A DNA stretch of 64,000 nt from Candidatus Falkowbacteria bacterium (GTDB lineage: Bacteria; Patescibacteriota; Patescibacteriia; Patescibacteriales; UBA12465): the NCBI GenBank assembly GCA_037137655.1, contig JBAXJX010000001.1, positions 496,194-560,193 of the forward strand. The letters run 5' to 3'. The first letter of the stretch is position 1. Each line of letters begins with the position of its first letter. Under the pieces are notes generated by a model. The model had not been told where the DNA came from and searched no databases. It saw only the letters and a program-made list of their open reading frames with translations. Shown here one piece after another: positions 56,289 to 64,000 of this stretch. The position numbers were made by a program, and so were the translations under genes.

Positions 56289-57297
56289 AATTTTGTTTTT
56301 TTAAATTATTATCTAAAATATTTTTAAAGTAAGAATAAATTGGCAATGGCACACTCGCACCAAGAGCACACAACGATGACGTTTCTAGATTAACTAGAAT
56401 TTGGGAAAAAATTTCTAAATCAATCTTACCAGACTCCATCATTTCTTGCAGACGATAGGTTCCTTCGCGACACGGCGTACAACGACCACAGGAACTTTTT
56501 CGAAAAAACTCAAACCAATATCGCAGCAATGTCTCAGAGTTATGTTTATCTAAATCATAAATTCGAATTGACCCAGCACCACCCACAACTCTATCCAATT
56601 GACTATCGTTTAAAACCTCCCCGGAAGCATCACCACCAACTTGAACAAAAAATGGAAAATTAGGATAATTGCCACTTTCTTGTAAGACCATTTTTATTGT
56701 CCACTTAGCCGGAAAATTAAAAACACCAATATTTGAAGCGGCACCGCTTATCGTAAAAAAGCGAAAGTCATAAAAATCACCACGCTCTGCCAAGGCTACA
56801 TTGTAAAATGTTTCAACATTATTAATCAGGGTTGGACAATTAAAAAGTCCACATTCCGCCGGATATGGTGGACGAAGACGAGGCTCAATAACACCACCTT
56901 CAATAATGTTTAATATTGCCGACTCTTCCCCACCGATATACAAATGCTCCTTTGGTTTCACAAACAATTTTAGCTTATGATCCAAAGCGAAGCCCTTGGC
57001 ATTCTTTTTTATTTTAGCCTTATACTTATTAAAATAATTATGATTCAAATAAAAATAAATTGCTTCGGCGCGAATAAATTCATCGGCCACTTTAACACCC
57101 GACAAAACTTCGTCTAAATGATGCTCTAAGATATATTCATCTTTTTTAACTCCCGGCTCACCTTCTGAGGCATTAATGATAATATATTTTTTATCACCCA
57201 CAGCTTTTTTAACTGTCGCCCATTTTGTAGCTACCGGAAAAGCGCCGCCACCGCGACCCACTAAAGCAGCCTCTTCAATTTTTTCCAAAATACGCAT
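56272..57297 (-). CDS. NuoF/HydB-like flavoprotein (51-kDa subunit homolog, short form)
   Basis: GRGGGAFPVATKW, NASEGEPG, and N3-cluster ligands SCGRCTPCREG plus SLCALG. 341 aa. Confidence 0.75.
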   Translation of the reverse strand: MRILEKIEEAALVGRGGGAFPVATKWATVKKAVGDKKYIIINASEGEPGVKKDEYILEHHLDEVLSGVKVADEFIRAEAIYFYLNHNYFNKYKAKIKKNAKGFALDHKLKLFVKPKEHLYIGGEESAILNIIEGGVIEPRLRPPYPAECGLFNCPTLINNVETFYNVALAERGDFYDFRFFTISGAASNIGVFNFPAKWTIKMVLQESGNYPNFPFFVQVGGDASGEVLNDSQLDRVVGGAGSIRIYDLDKHNSETLLRYWFEFFRKSSCGRCTPCREGTYRLQEMMESGKIDLEIFSQILVNLETSSLCALGASVPLPIYSYFKNILDNNLKKQNYAKRN

Positions 57298-57321
57298 AGC
57301 TAATATTTAAAATAAAATAAA

Positions 57322-58332
57322 TTATTTTTTAGCGAACATGTAAGCAAGATCAACTAAACGATTAGAATATCCCCATTCATTGTCATACCAGGCGATAACC
57401 TTTAATAAATCGCCATCAACCACTTTAGTCATAGATAAATCAACAATAGAGCTATGTGAATTTTTTACAATATCACTAGAAACAAGCGGCGCATAAGTCG
57501 CTTCAAGAATTCCTTTGTAGCGAGCGGTATTGGCCAATTTAACAAAAACTTCATTAACTTTTTCCACACTAACTTTCTTTTTAGTAACAAAAACAATGTC
57601 GCATAAAGAACCAACTGGCGTTGGAACACGCACCGCCAAACCATCAAATTTGTTTTTCAAACTTGGAATAGTTTCGGTGGTAGCAATCGCCGCACCAGTA
57701 GTTGTTGGTATCATATTAATAGCTGCGGCCCGCGCTCGACGTAAATCACTATGTGGGCCATCAACCAAATTTTGATCAGCTGTATAAGAGTGCACGGTTG
57801 TCATAATCGCTTTGGAAATACCAAAATGTTGGCGAATAATATCGGACACAGGCGCAAGACAATTAGTTGTACAAGAGGCACACGATAAAATTTTATCAGT
57901 TTTTAAAATCTTATCTTCATTAACACCAATAACCACTGTTTTAACTTTATCTTCCTTGCCTTTAGCTGGAGCTGACAAAATAACCTTTCTGGCACCAGCC
58001 TTAATATGAGCCATTAAACCATCCTTGTTAGTAAAACGACCAGTGCATTCCAACACAACATCAACCTTCAATTTAGCCCATGGTAATAAATTTGGATCTT
58101 TCTCGGCGAGTACCGGAATTTTAAATTTTCCAATAATAATATTTTTATCATCACAAGAGACGGCTTTATCATAAGGACCATAACAAGAATCATACTGTAA
58201 TAAATAAGCCAATGTTTTTGTATTAGTTAGATCATTAACGGCCACAACTTTTATATCCGGGTGTTTCTCTAAAATAATTTTTAAGGCGGCGCGGCCAATA
58301 CGGCCAAAACCATTAATCGCTAAATTAATCAT
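57322..58332 (-). CDS. gap: Glyceraldehyde-3-phosphate dehydrogenase, type I
   Basis: Start trimmed to the ATG at 58332 (MINLAINGFGRIGR). Active site SCTTNCLAP and WYDNEWGYS. The ORF-track extension runs through a terminator. Confidence 0.93.
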   Translation of the reverse strand: MINLAINGFGRIGRAALKIILEKHPDIKVVAVNDLTNTKTLAYLLQYDSCYGPYDKAVSCDDKNIIIGKFKIPVLAEKDPNLLPWAKLKVDVVLECTGRFTNKDGLMAHIKAGARKVILSAPAKGKEDKVKTVVIGVNEDKILKTDKILSCASCTTNCLAPVSDIIRQHFGISKAIMTTVHSYTADQNLVDGPHSDLRRARAAAINMIPTTTGAAIATTETIPSLKNKFDGLAVRVPTPVGSLCDIVFVTKKKVSVEKVNEVFVKLANTARYKGILEATYAPLVSSDIVKNSHSSIVDLSMTKVVDGDLLKVIAWYDNEWGYSNRLVDLAYMFAKK

Positions 58333-58380
58333 AAAATTAATATTATTGTTTATAATGTCATAATTATAGCATAAAATAAA

Positions 58381-58416
58381 AAAATAAAAAACTCCGATTT
58401 GTAAAAAATCGGAGTT
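58381..58416 (-). terminator. Terminator of the 58428..58970 gene
   Basis: Minus strand has a 10-bp stem AACTCCGATT / AATCGGAGTT, followed by TTTTATTTT. Confidence 0.65.
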
Positions 58417-58427
58417 CAAACTAAATT

Positions 58428-58970
58428 TTAGCTTTTTAATCGACGCACGCCCAACAAGCAACGAGATGAGCCTGAACAAACAGAGCTCCAATCACGAAGC
58501 GATAAATTCTTCTTATCCATTCCAGCTAAAATCATTATAGATGGAGCAGTAATCGATTCATCGTCAAGATTGTTAAATTTACTACCAAGGGCGGTAAAAG
58601 CATATTTACTCGACTTACAAAATGTCGGATATTTAACAACTAATGTTAACATCTCATACAAAGTTATTGGTCGAAATCCCTGCTTATTCATAAGTTCAAT
58701 AATTTCCTCTGGCACATTCTTATTCTTATAGCGAAAAGTTTTAACAGCTAATTCTACTTTAACTTTATCGCCAGAGAACTTTTGTGGAAAATTAATATCA
58801 TTAAACTTGAATGGGTCGTAATGATCCAGATCGCAAGCTTCCAATAAATCATAAAGGGTTACACTGCTATCGATTATAATTCTCGGCAGTTTCTTCTCTT
58901 GCTTCTCCGTATAACTCTTAATTTTTATTTTGATCTGTCTTTTAAGTTTATTAATAAACTTTTTCATCAC
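58428..58970 (-). CDS. Hypothetical protein with a basic N-terminus
   Basis: 180-aa ORF with its own terminator. No motif recognised. Confidence 0.5.
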   Translation of the reverse strand: MMKKFINKLKRQIKIKIKSYTEKQEKKLPRIIIDSSVTLYDLLEACDLDHYDPFKFNDINFPQKFSGDKVKVELAVKTFRYKNKNVPEEIIELMNKQGFRPITLYEMLTLVVKYPTFCKSSKYAFTALGSKFNNLDDESITAPSIMILAGMDKKNLSLRDWSSVCSGSSRCLLGVRRLKS

Positions 58971-59053
58971 CTACATTTTTAAAGTTAAGGAACCAAATTA
59001 TTTAATAAAAGTATACAAAAAATAACACAAAATGTCAACTAGATAAAATAAAT

Positions 59054-59078
59054 GAAAAAGACCGAATTAACGGTCTTT
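59054..59078 (-). terminator. Hairpin containing the stop codon of the small acidic ORF
   Basis: Minus strand reads AAAGACCG-TTAATT-CGGTCTTT followed by TT. Confidence 0.45.
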
Positions 59079-59279
59079 GTCAAAATCATCAGCCCAGTCA
59101 TCAGCCTCTTCCTGACTTAATCCACTAGCCAACATTTGAGTAATTATATCTTCGCGTGACAAACCTTTTAGTGTTGTTTGGTATTGCTCGTTAGATATCG
59201 GTAAAGCCACATCCTCCGCGCCCTGCCCGGTAGTTTTTTTATCCTCACTATTAATATTTAAATTATTTTCGTTGAACAT
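59067..59279 (-). CDS. Small acidic hypothetical protein
   Basis: 70 aa, starting 14 nt after the 532-aa ORF. The C-terminus is strongly acidic (QEEADDWADDFDKD). Confidence 0.5.
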   Translation of the reverse strand: MFNENNLNINSEDKKTTGQGAEDVALPISNEQYQTTLKGLSREDIITQMLASGLSQEEADDWADDFDKDR

Positions 59280-59293
59280 ATTTTTATTGTTTA

Positions 59294-60892
59294 TTACTTA
59301 TTATCTAATTTTTTACGTGCCGCAATCATCTCCGACATAATCGGTCTGATAAAAAAATTACGCACCCGAGGCATCGCTGCATAAACACAAAAATCACGCG
59401 GACTTTTACCGTCAACTTCACGCATATAAGCTTTATATTTTTGACCAGTCGCACTCAAATTTTTTATTTCATCATCAATTTTTTCCAAAAGACTAACACG
59501 CAACTCTTCGTTGCTACCATCATAGTTATCAATTTCATTTTTTAGAGTTTGATGTGCAGCACTCATACTTTCCATGTCCATTCGCGTTTCGTTGGTCATA
59601 ATATCAACTGCTGCTTCCGTTTTTAAAATATGTTCCTCTTCTAAATTGCCCGACTTAATTTCTAGGCCATTTTTTTCCACCAAATGATCAACTAAACCAG
59701 CGCCGTCGAAATGTTTCGCAGCTTTAAATTCTACCCAGAGTTCACTTAATACTACTTGGGCCTGGCGAGCCGCTTCGGTCGGTGGTTTTAGTTTTCCAAT
59801 ATTCGTAATAATATCATCAATAGAACTTTCAAAATTTTCATGATCCAAATTAATCACATTAAAAATTCGTTGCAAGGCCTTAGCATTTAGACAACCTTTA
59901 TTCTCCCAACCATTTAAATTATATAATGGAAATTCATTCATAATATTTTTTAAATACAACTCCTCGGCCATATCTTCATTACCAATATTAACCTTCACGC
60001 CATTGCAATCAACTACTTCTAAGCCTTGTTTATCAATGCCTAAATTAATAAGACCATTGGTATTTTGCCCCTCATCAATTTCACTTTGCATATGTTGCGC
60101 AAAAGCCTCCATTTCCACAGATTCACCAGACGCAGTTTTTATTTTAGCTTTAATTTTAAAACAACCATTTTTTTCTTTACCAAAACGAGTCATTTCTTTA
60201 ACTTCAACAATTTCCACATTATCCATAGCCGCTAAACGACCATAAACACTATTACTATCAAATTTTGTTACTTGACCATTAGCATCAACGTCCTCTGGTT
60301 TAAAGCCGAGATCTTGGACACCAAAAATAACATCCAAATCATCAGGAATTTTCTGGGAATATTTAGTATGCGGTATATAACAATTAGATCCGATTAGAGC
60401 GTAAGGTGATTTGCATTGATTAAAAACGCCGCCGACAGTTGACATAGCATCTTTCATGCGTGGAGAAATTTGTTCATTAAATCTTTTTTGCACCTCAATC
60501 GGGGCCTGATTTATCTCCACTAGCGCCGCTTCCTTTGACAGCGCATCATAATTCGGTAAGTGTTCAGTAGTTTTAATTTTTTCTACTTCGCTATCTATTT
60601 TTTCGCTAGTCAATTTAGCCTCTTCCCGTAATCTAGTTAGTGGTTCTAAAAATTCTTTATGATCTTTTGTAGCCTCATTCAACAAAGCTTCAGTTGTAAC
60701 ATTAACTGATTTAAGGTTTTTCACAATCTCAGCTTTAATATCAGCAGCTGATTTCTCTAATTCTTCCGGAGTGCTCGCTTGAGAAATTTCCTCAAACACA
60801 CCGCCCTCGTTTTTTGGCGTTTCAAGATTAACTACCCCTAAATCTTCATTTGAGTTTTTATTATTTAAATTTTCCAATTGTTCTTCGGACAT
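59294..60892 (-). CDS. Hypothetical protein with a possible Pol-beta-type nucleotidyltransferase core
   Basis: 532 aa. The N-terminal region of about 160 aa is acidic and coiled-coil-like. YALIGSNCYIPHTKYSQKIPDDLDVIFGV fits the G[SG]-x(n)-D-x-D pattern of the NTase fold. I have not verified this by any search. Confidence 0.5.
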   Translation of the reverse strand: MSEEQLENLNNKNSNEDLGVVNLETPKNEGGVFEEISQASTPEELEKSAADIKAEIVKNLKSVNVTTEALLNEATKDHKEFLEPLTRLREEAKLTSEKIDSEVEKIKTTEHLPNYDALSKEAALVEINQAPIEVQKRFNEQISPRMKDAMSTVGGVFNQCKSPYALIGSNCYIPHTKYSQKIPDDLDVIFGVQDLGFKPEDVDANGQVTKFDSNSVYGRLAAMDNVEIVEVKEMTRFGKEKNGCFKIKAKIKTASGESVEMEAFAQHMQSEIDEGQNTNGLINLGIDKQGLEVVDCNGVKVNIGNEDMAEELYLKNIMNEFPLYNLNGWENKGCLNAKALQRIFNVINLDHENFESSIDDIITNIGKLKPPTEAARQAQVVLSELWVEFKAAKHFDGAGLVDHLVEKNGLEIKSGNLEEEHILKTEAAVDIMTNETRMDMESMSAAHQTLKNEIDNYDGSNEELRVSLLEKIDDEIKNLSATGQKYKAYMREVDGKSPRDFCVYAAMPRVRNFFIRPIMSEMIAARKKLDNK

Positions 60893-60900
60893 AAAATTTA

Positions 60901-61071
60901 TTATTTTTTTATAAGATTTCTAATTTCGGCTAATCGCGCCTCATCCTCTTTTTGATAAGCTTCTTTTATTAAATCCATTTGTCGTTTCTCGAGCTCTTTA
61001 GAACTAAGTAAATAATCAGAAAAAATCTTCTTAATATTATTAGCTGCGAGTTTTATACTTGTTAAATTCAT
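60901..61071 (-). CDS. Possible small coiled-coil protein (56 aa, below the ORF-track cutoff)
   Basis: Hand translation gives MNLTSIKLAANNIKKIFSDYLLSSKELEKRQMDLIKEAYQKEDEARLAEIRNLIKK. Its TAA ends 8 nt before the ATG of the 532-aa ORF. Confidence 0.35.
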   Translation of the reverse strand: MNLTSIKLAANNIKKIFSDYLLSSKELEKRQMDLIKEAYQKEDEARLAEIRNLIKK

Positions 61072-61107
61072 ATAAATTATACCAAAAAATTAGGTTTTTG
61101 TCAATTT

Positions 61108-62361
61108 CTACTCTTTGCGCAAAGCCTCGACTGGGTCAAGTGCTGCCGCTTTCCTAGCTGGATAAACTCCAAAAAACATACCACAAAATAGAGAAAATAA
61201 TAAAGAGACTATAAAGGCTTGCAACGGAATGACAAAAGTCCATTCTAAGCCAGCTGCATTAGCCCCGACATAAATCAGCCAAGAAATAATTACTCCAAAA
61301 ACAACACCTGCTAAAGCACCGAGGAGTGAAATCACAGCCGCCTCAATTAAAAACTGCATCATAATATTATTATAGGTCGCGCCAACGGCTTTACGCAAAC
61401 CAATTTCCGAAGTTCGCTCTGAGACCACCACGTACATAATATTTAAAATACCAACGCCACCAACCAAAAGTGAAATAATGATAATTGCCAATAATAACCA
61501 AGTTAAAGCACTCATCACCGTATTAAGAGTATTCATCAAATCATCCATCGTTGAAACACGAAAATCATCTCGCTCTGGATTACTAATGCCATGATTTTGA
61601 CGAAGGAGAGCTCGAACTTGTTCGGCCGTATCAGCGCTCCGTTTATTGTCGATCAATTTAACCGTAAAATAAGATACATGATCAATGCCCATGACCTTTT
61701 TCTGTAAGGTCTGAAGTGGAACATAAACAAAGCTGTCAAAATCAAGTGACATCACCGCCCCTTTCTTGGCCATCACACCAATAACTTTAAATTTCTGACC
61801 ATGAAAAGAAATATATTTACCAATTGCATCTGAATCGGCAAAAAGCTGGTCTTTTATTTTACTACCTAAAATTACCACTGTCGCTAAAGATTTATCATCA
61901 TCATCGCTAAAGAAATTTCCGGTCGCAATTTTACTACTATCCACATCTAGATATTCCGCGCTCACCCCCATAACAAAGACTTTATGAACCTCCGATCCAT
62001 AACTAACTTTATCTTGAGTCATAATTGCACCATAACCCTTGCCAATATTACTCAACTTTTTAACATCGGCCAAATCTTTCAACTTTAGACTTGTTACTTG
62101 GACACCAGAAGCCAGAGCCATTGAGCTCTGCGCGTTACCGGCACCACCTTTTTTGGTCGTTGGCACCTTAATTTCGATTTGCACAATATTAGTACCAAAT
62201 GATTCCATTTGCGCCAACAATAAAGATCGAATGCCTTCGCCAGCCGAATACACAATAATAATACCAGCAATGCCAATCATAATACCAAGCACCGTCAAAA
62301 ATGTTCGGAGCCGATTAGAAAGCATGGAGCGCAAGGCAATTTTTATATTATCAAATATCAT
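61108..62361 (-). CDS. ABC transporter permease, MacB/FtsX family
   Basis: N-terminal TM segment, large extracytoplasmic domain and a C-terminal FtsX 3-TM bundle (ERTSEIGLRKAVGA). Confidence 0.85.
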   Translation of the reverse strand: MIFDNIKIALRSMLSNRLRTFLTVLGIMIGIAGIIIVYSAGEGIRSLLLAQMESFGTNIVQIEIKVPTTKKGGAGNAQSSMALASGVQVTSLKLKDLADVKKLSNIGKGYGAIMTQDKVSYGSEVHKVFVMGVSAEYLDVDSSKIATGNFFSDDDDKSLATVVILGSKIKDQLFADSDAIGKYISFHGQKFKVIGVMAKKGAVMSLDFDSFVYVPLQTLQKKVMGIDHVSYFTVKLIDNKRSADTAEQVRALLRQNHGISNPERDDFRVSTMDDLMNTLNTVMSALTWLLLAIIIISLLVGGVGILNIMYVVVSERTSEIGLRKAVGATYNNIMMQFLIEAAVISLLGALAGVVFGVIISWLIYVGANAAGLEWTFVIPLQAFIVSLLFSLFCGMFFGVYPARKAAALDPVEALRKE

Positions 62362-62362
62362 A

Positions 62363-63610
62363 TTATTCGTAACTTAATGCTTCCACCGGATCTAAACGTG
62401 AAGCATGACGCGCTGGATAAACTCCAAAAACTAAACCAATAATAATTGAAACAGTTACCGCAGAAACTACCGAGGACCAGGTAACAATAAAACTGTAATT
62501 ATAACCAAGACTTTGTACGACGCGTGATATTATCCACGACAAGGACACGCCAAAACAAATTCCAATTAATCCACCAATCAAAGTTATCACCACTGCTTCC
62601 ATGATAAATTGAAAAGTAATATGACCATTAGTAGCACCAACTGCCTTACGTAAACCAATTTCCCGTGTGCGTTCGTTAACGCTCACGAGCATGATATTCA
62701 TAATGCCAATGCCGCCCACCACCAAAGAAATGGCCGCCATAGCTGTTAAGAAATAACGCAAAGCATTAGTAATAGTGGAGAGCACATCAAGCGCTTGAGC
62801 TAAACTACGAGCAGAAAAATCATCATCAGCACCACTAGTATTGGAAATGTTATGACGTAAACGCAGCAAAGCACTAGAGTCAGCTACAACTTGATCAACA
62901 TTTTTTTCATTATTAACTTTGAGTCTGATATAACTCAAATAATTAACCCCATTAATTAACTTTTGGGCGGTCTTTACGGGTATAAAAATTTGATCATCAT
63001 AATCTTGAAAAGCCACTTTGCCACGTGGTTCCATTACACCAATCACGTCAAAAATTTGTTTTTTAATTTTTATTTGTCGACCAACAGCATCTGAATCACC
63101 AAACAATTCATTCTTGGCCACACTGCCTAAAACCGCCACATGGGCCACGCCAGAATCTTCATCATTAGTTAAAAAACGACCCAGAGCAACGCCACCACCT
63201 TCAACACTTAAATAATCAGATGAAACACCATTAATATTAGTTTCATAGCTAGTATCAGAAAACGTGACAGTTTCCAGGCTGCGCGAATAACTAACCACAC
63301 CAGTAACATTAGGAACTTGGCTAGCAATCGCTTTGCCGTCATCAGCGGTAAGTGTCGTAATAACAATACCCATTACCGTCGCCGGCGGACCGTTAGTATC
63401 TGACTTTCCTGGTAGAATACCAACCAAATTACCGCCTAAACCTTTGATCTGATCTAAAATTAAGGCTTGAGCACCAGCCCCAAGAGACATAATTAAAACC
63501 ACCGCTCCCACACCAATAATAATTCCTAGCATCGTCAAAAAACTCCTGACCTTATTGGCCAGAAGTGCATGAAAAGAAATTAAAAATGTTTGGCGCAAAG
63601 CATGAAACAT
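62363..63610 (-). CDS. ABC transporter permease, MacB/FtsX family (second copy)
   Basis: Same architecture as the first copy (ERTREIGLRKAVGA). It ends 1 nt before the next permease gene. Confidence 0.85.
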   Translation of the reverse strand: MFHALRQTFLISFHALLANKVRSFLTMLGIIIGVGAVVLIMSLGAGAQALILDQIKGLGGNLVGILPGKSDTNGPPATVMGIVITTLTADDGKAIASQVPNVTGVVSYSRSLETVTFSDTSYETNINGVSSDYLSVEGGGVALGRFLTNDEDSGVAHVAVLGSVAKNELFGDSDAVGRQIKIKKQIFDVIGVMEPRGKVAFQDYDDQIFIPVKTAQKLINGVNYLSYIRLKVNNEKNVDQVVADSSALLRLRHNISNTSGADDDFSARSLAQALDVLSTITNALRYFLTAMAAISLVVGGIGIMNIMLVSVNERTREIGLRKAVGATNGHITFQFIMEAVVITLIGGLIGICFGVSLSWIISRVVQSLGYNYSFIVTWSSVVSAVTVSIIIGLVFGVYPARHASRLDPVEALSYE

Positions 63611-63615
63611 AAAAA

Positions 63616-64000
63616 TTATTTTAACAATTCCGTATTATCTTTGGCAAATAAACGATTTTTAACGAGTTCATCACTAATAATAAAACCATCTTTCAAACGA
63701 ATAATACGCTTGGCATGTTCAGCGGTATGAGTTTCATGTGTCACCAAAATAATCGTATTACCTTCATCATTTAATTTTTGTAAAATTTCCATAATCTGCG
63801 CACCGTGTTTAGAATCAAGATTACCGGTCGGTTCATCTGCAAAAATAATTGACGGGTTATTAACTAAGGCCCGAGCAATAGCCACGCGTTGTTTTTCACC
63901 GCCGGAAATTTGGTTGGTATAATAATCTAAACGATGTGACAATCCGACACTGTCCAAAACTTTTTTAGCCCGTTCGTCGAAATCAATATTTTTGCCAGTA
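63616..64000 (-). CDS. ABC transporter ATP-binding protein (MacB/LolD-like); the 5' end lies beyond the window
   Basis: Signature [15 protein letters not shown], Walker [13 protein letters not shown] and H-loop VTHE. The frame stays open up to position 64000. Confidence 0.85.
   Translation of the reverse strand, partial: TGKNIDFDERAKKVLDSVGLSHRLDYYTNQISGGEKQRVAIARALVNNPSIIFADEPTGNLDSKHGAQIMEILQKLNDEGNTIILVTHETHTAEHAKRIIRLKDGFIISDELVKNRLFAKDNTELLK

Noticed and set aside
58333-58491. N-terminal extension of gap, and its apparent overlap with the 58428..58970 ORF
   Set aside because: GAPDH begins at M-INLAINGFGRIGR. The extension crosses a 10-bp-stem terminator and AT-rich promoter-like sequence.
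3013-62377. Many 60-140-aa ORFs lying antisense or off-frame within long genes. Examples are 3013..3198, 4148..4493, 12578..12872, 14306..14587, 21624..21914, 25401..25826, 30462..30785, 35211..35474, 54946..55200, 57530..57775 and 62039..62377.
   Set aside because: Each is fully nested in a longer ORF with clear family motifs on the other strand or frame. They have no independent start context and show biased shadow composition.
1-64000. Alternative genetic code (UGA recoding, as in some CPR lineages)
   Set aside because: All recognisable genes are full length and contiguous under the standard bacterial code, with tight spacing. I saw no case where reading through a TGA would be needed to restore a conserved domain.

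Overview
This is an AT-rich, very gene-dense bacterial chromosome segment. I count about 75 CDS and one tRNA. More than 90% of genes are on the minus strand, and many junctions are gaps of 1-20 nt or overlaps. There is no rRNA, CRISPR array, transposase or integrase. The gene content suggests a Patescibacteria/CPR (Parcubacteria-like) genome, which is an inference. The supporting genes are secretin-less type IV pilus machinery, sortase/LPXTG, FemAB, a DUF4012-like giant protein, archaeal-type AspRS plus GatCA, an [FeFe]-hydrogenase and GAPDH, with no respiratory genes. Recognisable blocks are:
- housekeeping genes: adk, aspS, engB, ligA, gatCA, ybeY, tgt, cca and gap;
- a dcw block (mraZ-rsmH-ftsL-ftsI-murF) with a clear promoter and three MraZ-type direct repeats;
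- a pilM-N-O-x-pilB-pilC-pilin-pilin cluster;
- a sod-iscU-iscS-cyclophilin block;
- a hydA / nuoF-like cluster;
- a MacB-type ABC transporter.
The most interesting candidate is a minor-pilin operon at 14.9-19.6 kb with an H-I-J-K-like gene order. Its J-like and two K/PilX-like subunits are fused to C-terminal LamG (lectin-type) domains. The two K-like genes are tandem paralogs that share a 488-bp block identical by eye, next to divergent 3' halves. A fourth pilin-LamG fusion with a 10-Cys linker lies at the left edge (1..1166, absent from the ORF track). I read this as a diversifying pilus-tip adhesin system, but that is inference only. Other oddities:
- an LPXTG sortase substrate that looks 5'-truncated, next to a lipoprotein gene and tRNA-Ser;
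- a DsbA-like protein without CXXC;
- a Tgt without its zinc ligands;
- an IscU with a Lys-rich tail;
- an orphan four-gene cluster with a possible nucleotidyltransferase-fold protein.
All calls rest on motif reading by eye. No database search was run.
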